From: Phoronis australis
Lineage: Eukaryota; Animalia; Phoronida
Direction of reading: 5' to 3'
Length of the DNA stretch: 39,528 bases
Assembly (NCBI GenBank): GCA_002633005.1
Contig: NMRA01001054.1
Coordinates: 1-39,528 of the forward strand
Shown piece after piece: positions 1 to 11,651 of this stretch. A program made the translations under genes and the position numbers. Position 1 is the stretch's first letter. Each line of letters opens with the position of its first letter. Below the pieces are notes generated by a model. That model worked only from the letters and a program-made list of their open reading frames with translations. It had not been told where the DNA came from and searched no databases.

Positions 1-2199
1 ACATGGATGTGAGTTCGGGAAAATCGACAATCCAAACCGCGACTAGCAGACGACCATGACTAGCAGACGGCATACTTGAAGGAAGTAAGACCTGGTAACA
101 CACCAGGTGCCGCAAGTGAACAGTGACATCACGGCTTGTGTGTACGATCACAGATTTCGTGCATTGAGAATATACGAGTCGGTGGTCCACCTACTAAAAA
201 TAGCCTATGGTCACTTAGCATTTAGTACATTTGCCGTGGCACTAACAGATAGACTCTTGCCATTTGAACAACCAAAATCCCATCGTTCACAGTTTTGGCC
301 AGTTTCTGCTACAATTATACATTGTCACAGATGACAAAAATAAATGAAAGCTTTGTTCACATTTTTGGTGACAGCACATTAAAGGCCAAGTGTGGTGCCA
401 AAATGACTATTTTTACATCTAAAATACATTTATTGATAAAAAACTCAAAATACCGTGTCATAGCATACCCCAGTCGGTAATTAAGTAGGCCTTCGACAAT
501 ACGAAACGCCATCACGAACCCCATTTAGCGATAAAAAAAACTTGAGACGGCGCTCGCACCAATCGAAGTCTATGACATCATCGTTACCACGAATTTGGCT
601 TTTACCGTGTCTCCACAGTATTGAAGTCAGCAATGACTGGCCATTTAATTTAGTGCAAAATACGTGGAAAATCAAGGAAACACATTAATTTTTCAGTTCA
701 TGTCAGTTAATATTAAAATTAATCAAAATCACTACCTTTAGAATTTTTATTTAATTATTTAGCACACATTCTAATACGGGGCGGTATGGGAATCCCCGGG
801 AGTGTGACAGGTGTCGTCGAAACAGCCGGAAAAACAAAACGCTTAGTCTGAATTGTTATCAGCAATTTCCCAATGTTTATTATAAAGTGTAGTTTGTTTG
901 ATACGAAAACTTTGATGTTAGTAACTTTCCATTCATGTCTTTTTGAAGCCGAAGGTGTGAACGCTGCGCGATTCCAATACGGACGGCTCTCCAGTGTGTG
1001 TTCCGTATGGGTATAGAAGATGACAGGCCATTTAATTTGGTGCAAAATAATTAGAAACGTTAGGCTTACAGCACATATCAGCATGATCTTTTCGTACAAT
1101 GCAACTAAGTATATTCAAATTCATTGGAAATTTTATATTAGCAGCTCAATTTTCAAAATAAGTCACCTTGAAATGCTGCAACCCGTAATCGGTCAAGCTA
1201 AAAAAAATTGAAATTTAATAGCAACAGAACATTGTGCGTGTCTCTAATAAATTAAAACTACGTTCAAATAAAATCTGTATTGCATGAAAACATACCCAGT
1301 CATAAGAATTTGTAATCAATTGAATGTTTTAAATTCAGTATCAGAATTCCGTTAGTCCTACGGGAACGACTCAAATCAGACAGAATATTCCGGATTTGGG
1401 CTGGATTCCCTATACTCTGGGCCGGAACAGTAACACGAAATGTCGAAGTACACACTGCAGATTTTTTGTAGCCAACCAGCTAGCTGTTTGAAGGCTATCA
1501 CCAAAATACAGCTAGGTAACACTGTGACTTGAGCTCTGTTTTACCATAGACCATAGACTGTAGTCTATCACGGAATTTCATAGGCCCACCTACAGATCAG
1601 GTATGAGTTGTGTTAGTCAGCTCGTGAAACTTATATCGCAGAGCCAACGACCGAAGACAGGGGTGCATGCAAAATCTGGGAGACAATTCGGACACTCACC
1701 TTGCCCATTCAGTGCCGTCGTTTAAGGGAAGAACAATCTAATAAACGTCATTTTCTAGCATTTCTCTTGGCCTTTTGAGTTTTCTAACAAAGAAAGTCTG
1801 TTGTCTTTTTGAAACAGTACCCTCGTGAAACGCGCACGTGCCAAGCTAAAATCTTGCGACTACTTTTGGGACATGATAACAGCTTCGCAGCAGTAAAGTT
1901 TGTTCTAAATTCGGTTTGTTGGTCTTAAAAATGCTAATAACTTGTAACGAAATGAGACCAGTTCCGACAATTCGTTGTGACAGTACGCAACCTCGTGGCA
2001 GCAAAGAACAGTTGATAGAAGAATAAACCGGGGGGAGAAGAAACTGTTCAGGTCAGGTGACGTAATCGTCAAACGCAGACTCCCAAGACTGCACTTCAAT
2101 TTTAGCAGTAGATGAGCGGTAGGCCTAGAACGATAATTCTTCCAACACCGGTAAATAATTTGGTTTACTCCAAGAGCGGTGCAGCTTTTAATGACGCTA

Positions 2200-2445
2200 T
2201 TTCTGCATCAGATTTTATTTAGTCCTTTTTACCCACATCGACACGAAGCTGTAGATTTTGTATACAGCTTTGCACCAAGCCTAAATCAGATCTTGCCGAT
2301 CGGGGAAGTTTGTCGCCAGGCCTTGTCGTGGATACGGATCTATTCCACGTATGGCACACGACGTGATTGGTGGGGAAGTTGTGCAAATGTATCCCATTGC
2401 CGCTGACTTTGCTACACCCGCACACCACGCAAAGAGGCCTTTTAG
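2200..2445 (-). pseudogene. Degenerate THAP zinc-finger domain, probably a DNA-transposon remnant
   Basis: ORF 2219..2485(-) reads CVVCGCSKVSGNGIHLHNFPTNHVVCHTWNRSV, matching the THAP N-half (C-x4-C, LHxFP, W). The CxxHF part is disrupted, and IKSDA after the stop resembles the LKxDAVP box. Confidence 0.6.
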
Positions 2446-2756
2446 CCCAGAGATCGACAAGTGCAGAGCGTCCAAGAAATGGCACTCAGTTGTTACGCAA
2501 TGGGCTTCCCAGTAAATTCATGGCCACGCTGATGTCATATGAACCACTTTACGCTGATTGGTTGAGATTTTTTCTGGGGCGCTCGAAGGGGCTACGAATT
2601 ATGAGCGGTGTAATTTGCGTTGCAATTAATTACTTTCCGTGGTATGTAAGAAGCAAAAACAATATTTTTTACGAACACTTTATACATGGATTTCTGGTGC
2701 CAAAAAGGTGTTTTAGCCGCTGGACGCTGTCTTTAACGGTACTGACGCTAACTTAC

Positions 2757-2990
2757 CCTCTGAACACTGTCCATAATTACTTCCAATTATGATACCATAA
2801 CTTCCATTTAATTGCATACTAGGTAAAGTTGGACACTTACCATCGGAACAATATTGAACACGTTCACAGTTCTTCCCGGCTCTGGTGGCAGCACAAACAC
2901 ACTGGTAATGCGCGATCCCATCGACACATGTTCCCCCAGCCTGGCATGGGTCTGATGCACACTCGTTGATATTCTGTTCACAATTGGGAC
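2757..2990 (-). CDS. LDLa/EGF/mucin gene, exon H: end of EGF4 plus calcium-binding-type EGF5 (alternative donor would end it at 2841)
   Basis: CAG acceptor (AG at 2992-2991), phase 1. Reads GPNCEQNINECASDPCQAGGTCVDGIAHYQCVCAATRAGKNCERVQYCSD. GTAAGT donors at 2840-2835 and 2756-2751, both phase 1. Joins the upstream exon as [13 protein letters not shown]. Confidence 0.9.
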
Positions 2991-3818
2991 CTGTTGTCAA
3001 ACAACATAGCATAAGGATACTCATAAAGCTTTGTTCAAGCTGGTCAATGCCGCATGAGAAAATTCAATTTCGGCTTGAAATCCTGCATCCCAAATTTTAG
3101 GGACTTCCCAAACTAAAGACTGATGTATTACAAATGAAAAGCGCACCACAAAATGAATGACACATGCCACAGTACAACTAAGTCCTAACATGTTCGTTTT
3201 CATGGCAGTAACACGACTGATAATATTACAACACAACTGCAATGCACCACTGGACAAAAGACAAATAGATTTCACACAAGGTTCCTGAAACAGTCAGCCA
3301 CTGAGCACCTGCTGCACGTGAATAACCTTTCAACATAAAGCATACGACAATTCTATCACCAAAATTTCAAAACGCACGACCCCTCAAAGTGCTCCACCCT
3401 ATTCCAAACAAAACCCACAAGTGGGACAAAAGAATAAAAAGTGACACAAAAAACTACAAAAATAATTTGAGGTATCACTCATGGCCACATAACACACACC
3501 TCACAAATTTTCACACTGAAACGCCTATGCCAATCCTTCACTTATTGCGTGCTAAAATGTTTGCCAAGGCTGAGTACCTTTTGCAAACAACTTGAAATCA
3601 AGCAAGTATTGTTTTCAAACATCTAGACACTACAATCCATGCTTGTAATAGACTGATGTTCTTAACTTTTGTGGAGAAATTCAACAAAAAATAGAATTTC
3701 AGTTTGGTGGCTATACTGTGTTCTGAACACAAAATGAATTATGTAACCATACCATTCGTCCAACCCCATAATTACAGAGTATTACAACTTATATTTCCTA
3801 CAAAGAGCTCAATGTGTT

Positions 3819-4545
3819 ACGATACTTACTGGATAGGGTTGAGTAATTTACAGGGGATCATTTTCGACACAAAACTCGTTCTTAAAAACATTTAGGCATT
3901 TTAAACCTACTTCACATTCACATCGTCGCTATATGTTGTGTTTCTAACTAATTTGACCAAGCAATCACAGAGACAATGAATTAGCTTGCCANAGAATTAA
4001 CCATTATGTAATACACCCCCAACATGAGGAATTGTAGTAAACATGTTTGTTCACTATATCCTGTTATGATTCATGTATGTCACTATATAAGTGTATGATC
4101 GCATGGATTGTAACAGACTCAGTAGTATCAGCAGAAGAGTATGCAATAAAACTATTATCCTCCTTCAGACTAGTATTATCCTTGGACCGCGTTCTCGCAC
4201 TGTGTCGCGCATTCAACGTTCCTAACCGAACAGAATGCCTTTCACTGCTAGCACATCAACAACTTGTAAATATGAAAACAAAAAATCGGCCAATAGGTGA
4301 CCTTTGTACTAATGACGTACCTTGGGATTCACACAGTCCACAACATGCAGTGTTATTCGTCAACACCACGTCACGATACTTACTGGATACGGCTGAGTAA
4401 TTTACAGGGGATCATTTTCGACACAAAACTCGTTCTTAAAAACATTTGGGAATTTTCAACCTACTTCACATTCACATCGTCACTATATATTGTGTTTCTA
4501 ACTAATTTGACCAAGCAATCACAGAGACAAGGAATTAGCTTGTCA
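3819..4545 (+). repeat. 173-bp direct duplication (3819-3991 and 4373-4545)
   Basis: The copies align end to end with scattered substitutions. The first copy stops exactly at the single N at 3992. Confidence 0.85.
3993..4232 (+). mobile_element. Possible 3' part of a retrotransposon LTR
   Basis: TATATAAG (~4084), then AATAAA (~4145), ending ...CCGAACA. The 5' side is cut by an N; no TSD or partner LTR seen. Confidence 0.25.
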
Positions 4546-5010
4546 AGTTCCACTTTAAAAATATTATCTAAAAATTGTGTATAAAAATGAATGTTCTATT
4601 TGAGTATTGCACATGATGCGGCTGACATAAATTCAACGGTCCTGTCAGTAACCCAAATCGGCCTTCGTTTAACTTTGACTCCTGCACGTGATGTGGCAAC
4701 TCTTGGGTCTGAACTGATAGCACTACAAATCATGGCTTTCCACAACAAATACTAGTTTTGTCCAATTGAAGAATCTCTATGAAAATCAATGAAAACAAAG
4801 TAGCAAGGTAGACAGAACTTAACGTCTCGTGTAACTTTTTCTTATAATTTTCCTAACATGTTTTCCCATAGCACCACACAGCATTCCTTAATTGCTAGTC
4901 CGAATCATAGGTTACCTTGGAAACTGTTTCACAGGTCATTATGTGCAATTATGTGACAGAAATATCTGTACCAGCCACCAATTCATGAATCAAATTTCCG
5001 TTTTGAGCAC

Positions 5011-5038
5011 ACACGTCATACATGTGTCTCTATAAAAG
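5011..5038 (+). promoter_or_regulatory. Core promoter of the nested gene: bZIP (CRE/ATF-like) site and TATA box
   Basis: ACACGTCA at 5011-5018 and consensus TATAAAAG at 5031-5038, followed about 100 nt later by a donor AAG/GTAATG (GT at 5143-5144). Confidence 0.6.
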
Positions 5039-5059
5039 CGGCGTCAAAGAAACAGAACA

Positions 5060-5142
5060 TGTTAAAAATTTGTTGACGGCAGATTAACAAACAAGTCAGA
5101 CTAAGAGATTCTACCGTTGGGACCACCCACTAAAGTTCTAAG
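5060..5142 (+). other. Putative non-coding first exon of the nested gene (start approximate)
   Basis: Lies 25-30 nt after the TATA box and ends at the donor at 5143. A T-rich intron follows, with acceptor TTTTGTACTTCTAG ending at 5841. Contains a short uORF (MLKIC*). Confidence 0.5.
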
Positions 5143-5885
5143 GTAATGATTATTTTTTATTATTAAAAGCATCGACGTACACATCACCTGTACGTATCTT
5201 CAGCATTGAGATCACGGGTTAAGTTCTCGTTTCTATCTAACCTCCCAATTTTTTATTAATTTTTGTCTTAACTTTCTTTTGGTTAATTTGTTAGTAATGA
5301 AAACATGGTAAAGTACACTTCACCTTGTGCCATGTAATTCCATAATCTGACACATATTCAACAATTTTTTGTTGAAACAACATTCTGTAAAGGGGTGGAT
5401 GAGAAGCCCAAAATCAAGACTTTTCTGTAAATACTTGGCAACTTCCTAGCATGAAGAGGCAGAAATACTCCAACAACCCAACTGACCCATTGATCTTTAT
5501 ACGGGTAACGCGGGATGTCAAACCCACGAAGGATTGTGGGAAACCGATCTACCGAAGTGCATTTCCAGTATTTGAAGATACCCGATCAGTAGAGCTCACT
5601 TCACAGGTAGCATTTCTACCTGACAGAACTGTCCCAGATACATTAAAGAAATGAGTTAAGGAACCGTTCACAAAAACCACAATTTTCAGGTGAAATAGTT
5701 TACTTGATGAGTGCCACTAAACCAGCAAACTCCACAATGTTGCTGTAGATGGCATTCATACACCAGCAACCTCCTTGCTTTAGTTAGTTTAATGCCTTCA
5801 TGACCTTGTAGCCAGTAACTGTACTCATTTTGTACTTCTAGAAGGTGAACAAACACAGAGATTGCCACAGCAGAAGAGAACAAGT

Positions 5886-6473
5886 ATGTCTACAGACAGC
5901 GTATCAGTGCTTAACTTTAGAACAGAGAGCAAGATGACCAGTCCAGACATGAGCCCAATGAGCTTCGATTACAGTAATTTTGTAGCTATTGCAGATGACA
6001 GGTTATGGGACAAATCAGCACAGAGTATTGGTTTCGGGAGACACGAAACACCGTATCCCAAAGAGCGGAAAACCAGCAATGAGACTGGCATTGTTCTATC
6101 ACGAGAGCGGAAAATAAGTGACATTAGCGGGCTAGCGATTGCCGAAGCAGTGAAAAACACCCAAGCAGATCATGTGCGAAAAGCGTGGGAAGACATTTTC
6201 CCAGTAACTGATGCGAAAAGGGGAAAAGTACAGCGCATGAGTGTCATCTGCACTTCTCACAATGGCAACCGACACCAGACAGCTGATTACATGAGGGAGA
6301 CAAAGCCAGGTGTTAAAGTGCACGTTTCAAATAGGACTAAAATAAGCATGGCGTCAAGGGACAAGGGGGAACGATCGAAGACAGTGACATTCTCACAGAA
6401 CTTGACAACGGCATACAGCTACCCATTCCAGCAAGACAGTCAGAAGCGGACAAAGGTGTGCTGTATTCTTTGA
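5886..6473 (+). CDS. Uncharacterised ~195-aa low-complexity protein with a C-terminal CaaX motif (KRTKVCCIL); nested antisense gene
   Basis: Long intact ORF (track 5862..6473, first ATG at 5886) just after a splice acceptor at 5841. Ends in basic residues plus CCIL-stop, with AATAAA at 6658-6663. The start codon could lie in an upstream exon. Confidence 0.75.
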   Translation: MSTDSVSVLNFRTESKMTSPDMSPMSFDYSNFVAIADDRLWDKSAQSIGFGRHETPYPKERKTSNETGIVLSRERKISDISGLAIAEAVKNTQADHVRKAWEDIFPVTDAKRGKVQRMSVICTSHNGNRHQTADYMRETKPGVKVHVSNRTKISMASRDKGERSKTVTFSQNLTTAYSYPFQQDSQKRTKVCCIL

Positions 6474-6657
6474 TATCTGACTCGGAACATTATTGTGCAA
6501 AACAGTGGGAAAACGTGAACACAGTATGGTCGAACAGTGAAATTTGTAGGCAAATAGACATTTTTGATAAATTGTTACTAGCCAGTGCAGCAGTCAGCCA
6601 CCAACACATGGTGTAATTCTGAGCGTATTGAGTTTTAAAGTGTAGAAGCCGTAGAAA

Positions 6658-6663
6658 AATAAA
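6658..6663 (+). terminator. Polyadenylation signal of the nested gene
   Basis: First AATAAA after the stop, 185 nt downstream, with a GT-rich tract (CTGTTGTGTTT) at about 6703-6713. Confidence 0.55.
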
Positions 6664-6759
6664 GAATTGAAAAACAGGAAGTCACACACTCTTCCGAACC
6701 AACTGTTGTGTTTATACAATGCAATGTTCTCTGTGGGTGCAGTCTTGGAGATTCCACTA

Positions 6760-7325
6760 TCTCGGTTCTAACTCTTGCCACAACTTGCAACTTTCACAAA
6801 AATACACTTGATAAATTTCACAAAGATCTTACAGAGGGTTTGGGACATACAGCCACAGATGCAAAAAACAAACTGTCACTAGGGGACGCCACAGTAGTCC
6901 GACCCATCCAAAAATAACTAATATGCTATTCATAATTACAATGATCCTCTTAGTGGTTTGGCCAAGAGAAAGCCAGACTCGAAAACAGTGAAAATGGTAG
7001 ATAGGTGGGTAAAATACTTCAAATCCATAAAAATGGAAGGTAACGTTGTCTCTCAGCCAGATAACTATTTGAAAATCCATTAAGGAACTCCGAAGACACA
7101 GTGGCAAAAAATAAACATGCCACTAGAGGGCTCGGCCATAATTCGATCTGTCCCAAAATTTGCCCATGCCTACCCATCTATGATAAGAACAGACTTGCAC
7201 ACTTCCTGTACATCTATCCAGAGAGTTTGCAGATACAGCAGCATACACTGGATGCCAGACAAGACTCCAGACGGACAAGGACGACGCCATAATACACTCA
7301 CATATCAATACATGGGCACATAAAC
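6760..7325 (+). mobile_element. Non-autonomous Helentron/DINE-like element with internal degenerate tandem units (same family as 11885-13447)
   Basis: Units contain CACTAG.GG and AAATTTCACAAAGATC motifs. A GGAC/AGAC microsatellite-like tract and a decayed 3' end (CATAATAC...CATAAA) follow. Confidence 0.5.
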
Positions 7326-7823
7326 TCTATGTTCTTATTGTTAACACGGTCAATCCTAAAACATTTGGAGAAAGTTTGAAAACTCCTTACAAAGTGTACT
7401 ACCAGCAGCTGCGACAAAATTAATGCTTTATGTGTCTGAGTTACACAACGACATCGGGGAAAGACCGTTGACTTCAAAACACAAAATCCAGTTTACTAGA
7501 TATTGAGAAAGTATCTTATTTCTTATTTGAATAATCCTTTTGACATTCCACGCAGGAACAAATGGGGCCCTAGCAGGTGAAAGTACCAGCTTTGTGCAAA
7601 ATCTTCAGAACAGAATTTAGTATCTTTTTAACTGACCAACAGACCAAACACAAGTCATCTCTAAGTTGACCAATGTCACGACTGTGATGAGACTGCCATC
7701 AATACATGGGAACAAGAGACCACACCCATCCTCACTACTAGACCTTTGACTTCAATTTACCCGAAATAAGAACAAGGTCAAAGGTTTGCCTATCAACCCG
7801 CTTATTTGAAACACAAATTATAC

Positions 7824-7983
7824 CTTGATATCCCGGCTGGCATGCACACTGATAGCCATTCACGACATCGACGCATGACCCACCATTTTGGCAGGGGGAG
7901 CTGACGCACTCATCTAGTTGGACTTCACACTGTCTACCAGCAAAACCCCGTTGGCACCTACAGCGGAAACTTCCATCCTCAAT
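7824..7983 (-). CDS. LDLa/EGF/mucin gene, exon G: end of EGF3 plus calcium-binding-type EGF4
   Basis: TAG acceptor (7985-7984) and GTATAA donor (7823); 160 nt, phase 0 to 1. Reads [54 protein letters not shown]. Absent from the ORF track. Confidence 0.93.
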
Positions 7984-9108
7984 CTACAACAACGGATTAT
8001 TCTGTAGCAATGTCAATGAAATCAACAAGACACCTCCTGCTCTTGCTGATACATCCAACAGTCTCACAGCACTCAACATGAAATTTGAATATTCTAATCA
8101 ACAGAAAAGGTTATTTGTAAAAGTGTCGCCATTTGAGGAAAACCCTTCCAACTGGACGTGTTACAAGGATGGGAAATATCTACCTAAATTTTTAATGATC
8201 AATGAAAATGAATAGATTTCAGGGGGTCTCTGGTTTGATCCCTGGTCAGGGTATAAATCTTTTCGGAAGCTGTCTTGATGGACTTATCAAAGGCCTTTGA
8301 CATCATTTAACCATCTCCACAGTAATGTACTCCTTAACAAGAACACAATGTGAATTTACAGAAGCGTGCTTTAGTATCTGATTTTGAAGGAAAAGAAGCA
8401 TGGTAATTTTATGGGAAACGGTAAAATCTCACCAATTAAGGTTACACGTACCACTATTTCACAAAAAAAACATTAAAAACATTGGCGCTGACTATGGAAA
8501 ATCCCAGACACACTTTCTCTATGAATTTTTGCAGAAGTTTTAATACAGAAAACTTGGAGAATGCTGGTGAAAGGATTTTTCCCAATCAATGTACCTTAGT
8601 TTTAAAAACAACACTTTTGCCAAAAAGGCATGATCACGTAACCACAAAAATGGTACAGTGTTGTGGATGACATGATTAGATTTTTCTCTGTCAATTCCTA
8701 GTTTCAGAAAATGTATTACTTTGTGAATTGACGCGTCAGTTACTTACTAATAATAAATATTTCAAGAAGGCAAAATTTTAATTAGAGATACGCATAACCT
8801 TAAGGCCACAATATGGCCGACAGGTGAACTAACACAGAATGAAGGCTCCTATCAGTCTTAAGTTGTATACCATGATACATACCATCAGACAGTGTTTTGA
8901 AAAAGTGAAGGCATTCACAACTACAAGTTAGAAGCTTTTGAAATCAAAAAAAACGCTAATTTTGACAATTATTTTAGTCCAAAAATGGTGAAACGTTACC
9001 ATTTCCATCCCAGAATGCAACACCAGAAAAACGTTCCGATGAGTGCAATCGGTGGCCTTTTTAGCAAACAGCTACATGTAGTTACTGTATTGATAGGAAA
9101 TTACTTAC

Positions 9109-9185
9109 ATAACAGTTACCGGAGTTCTGACACGGCAGCAACGAACATGGATTTGTTAGCTGACTACAGGTTGAGCCACTGTAAC
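9109..9185 (-). CDS. LDLa/EGF/mucin gene, exon F: end of EGF2 and start of EGF3
   Basis: TTTCTTAG acceptor and GTAAGT donor (9108-9103); 77 nt, phase 1 to 0. Reads GYSGSTCSQLTNPCSLLPCQNSGNCY, completing the EGF cysteine patterns on both sides. Confidence 0.92.
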
Positions 9186-9566
9186 CTAAGAAATGGATAT
9201 AAAGTGGTCTGTTTAGTTAAACAAAATAAACAGCAATAAGTGTGACTAAAACACATAGAATGCTAAACTACAAGTGTTATGGGTGAACGCCACTAACTTA
9301 GGCAACTGCGTGTCAAATAAATAATTTTGCGTGGCTGAAGTTTAATATACTTATGCCACGTATTAAAACTTTTAAAAAGATTTAATCCAAGTTGTTTCAC
9401 TAACTCCCATGCAAATAAAGCTAGTCACGTGACCGTACAATAATTGTTACACAGACACCTGACAAAGTTATTGCGTGGGCATATCGAAACGTGTCGTATC
9501 AAGTTTATTTTGATGTTTTATGGGCACAAATATCAGGGATCACGTACTGGAGTTTTCAGTTATTCC

Positions 9567-9735
9567 AGCAAGGAAACCAACCATACTGTATTCGACAAAA
9601 AAAGCTTTAAACTGGTAATGAACCCGCGTTCTGTCAAAGAGGCGAAACTTTGATTTCGACTACTCACCACTATAAAATTGGTCTCCACTTCTTGTTCTTT
9701 ACTCAATTGAGAAGTGAGTTCAGGGTTTGCATGGA
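9567..9735 (+). repeat. Dispersed repeat with an inverted diverged copy at about 15503-15641
   Basis: CACCACTATAAAATTGGTCTCCACTT...TTACTCAATTGAGAAGTGA matches the reverse complement of 15503-15582. AAGGAAACCAA is also shared. Confidence 0.7.
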
Positions 9736-10467
9736 AATGACTGTCAGTCATTTCTCGATACCCTGCTCGACGCAAAAAACGACACGCCGTGAAAAGCTAA
9801 ATTCAGTTGAGGCTTTTGCAGCCCTGAAATCACCTCCAGTTTAACTAAGGATCAGTATGCAGTCTAAATCAAAGACCTTCGGGTGGTTTTTGTGATGGAA
9901 GGCGGGTTCATAGCAGCTTTATTAACACTTCCCTCAAAAATGTGCTGGCTTAACCGGCCAAATGTATCAAATAGAAATTAAATTCTGTCAAGTCTGTGTG
10001 GACAATAAGTTAAGGTTGCGTGCGACCTTGTCTGGGTATAGAGCCCAGTAAGTACAATATCATAGATTTTAAATCAGTAAAAGAGATTCTGTAGAGGTTG
10101 GTTTTTGGCATTATACTAGTCTGCTACTAATGCAGTCATGTATGTAATGTCTTTTTAGTAAAATTTAACACAAAAATTTCATAGTTAGCAAAAACAACAG
10201 TACCAATAACATAACTTTTGTTTGACACGAAATCTCAAAAATGCTGCTAAAATTTTCTAACCTATCATTTTGTGTTCGTTTTATGCACCTTTTGAATTTT
10301 TCCTGTTTTTGATAGCCCTTCATGCAAAACTGTAACATTTTAAAAACAATTTGTCTTGAAGAAGAGAGTATAAAGCATGATGATGTCTGAAAGTTCCACA
10401 CGAGTCCATACTGCCATGTCTGAGAGAAGCTGTTCTGAAATTTGAAGGTCCTAAATAACATCAATAC

Positions 10468-10594
10468 CTGGCTTGCAGCTACAATGATAGCCAGACCGAA
10501 GAGCTGTACAGACGCCGTTCAGACAAGGTGAGGGGTCGCAAACTCTGGGATTAATTGGTGGTAGACTTGTTGTAGTCACGGCAACAGAAATCAA
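10468..10594 (-). CDS. LDLa/EGF/mucin gene, exon E: end of stalk and most of EGF2
   Basis: CTTTTAG acceptor and CAG/GTATTG donor; 127 nt, phase 0 to 1. Reads LISVAVTTTSLPPINPRVCDPSPCLNGVCTALRSGYHCSCKPG. Confidence 0.92.
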
Positions 10595-11651
10595 CTAAAA
10601 GTAGCAAATTCACCAATATGAACATTTAGGACACAAGGGCTGCAACAAAAAACAAAACAGTGCAGGTTTCAGGCTAGGCTGTGAAAGTATAACAAATGCC
10701 ATAAAGTTCGTAATTTCAAACACGTACATTGGCTGATGTGAATTTCCATAAATGAAATTGCAGGATTTTTTGGTAAAATGTGACAATATAAATAAAAAAG
10801 TCTAGATGCCATTTTGTAAAGAAAAACAATAACAGTTAACCGACATTACCAAAATCAAAAGTTATTATTTATTACAAAGATTTACCACGAAAATCTATAG
10901 AAGACATCTTAAAAAATTTTCATAATTGGTGCTTAAATAATGCATTTAAGAGAATTTATGATAAGAGAAGTCAATTATGTACATTGAACGATTTGCAAAA
11001 AAACATGAAGGTTGACAACTATCTAATAAATAAATGTAATTTTTCCTTTGCTTGCCAATCTTCAAAAGATTTTTATAAATTTCACACTTTCTTGTTCTCA
11101 GATACCTTTTTGAACCTGTATAATGCCATGGCCTGTTTGTAAGCACTAACAATGTATTGGAATGGCTGCAACATTTTTGCAAAATAGTTACAAGTGTCAC
11201 CCAACTTTAACAATGTCTTTACTGCACTACATTAGGCTGAACCACAATTATGGCAATTACTAATTAATTATAATAAGCGCATTAAGCAGGTATTATGCAA
11301 TTAACTTAGCACAAATAGGACATTTTACTGCAATCAGTTATAAGTACATTAGGCAGATATATATACTGTCTTAGTCTGGTATGNCCTGAGTTTGAATGGC
11401 ACAGCGGTTTTCAGTAGAAAAGCCCACGGGCATTTCATCGGGTGGGCTTATCTACAGAAAATCCCGGTATTGGTTAGCACACTACGAGGCTATAGAACTA
11501 AGGGCCTATTTCCTTCCTGTATTAGGTCTCAGCAGGAGTGCGTGAAAGGAAGTGAACGTGCACAGATTGGTTAAAGCCCCTCATGAAAGAAAGGCCCAGG
11601 AGAGATGTTGTTACGGTCGTAGCAAAACTAATGAAATAAAATGAATGTTAC

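Noticed and set aside
755-1099. 114-aa minus-strand ORF with a faint THAP C-half look (W...WKVT...LHF)
   Set aside because: The zinc-binding cysteines are absent and there is no splice or family support.
1700-1737. Candidate next exon of the EGF gene (TAG acceptor, GTGAGT donor)
   Set aside because: In the required phase 1 it stops after DCSSLKRRH, just before a donor, and the acceptor is weak. It cannot be assigned without transcripts.
3819-4545. 173-bp direct repeats as LTRs or a real tandem duplication
   Set aside because: The first copy ends exactly at a single-N contig join, and there are no TG...CA ends or TSD. An unmerged haplotype overlap is more likely.
8221-8260. B-box-like GGTTTGATCCC suggesting a tRNA gene
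   Set aside because: No A-box or cloverleaf; at most a decayed SINE fragment.
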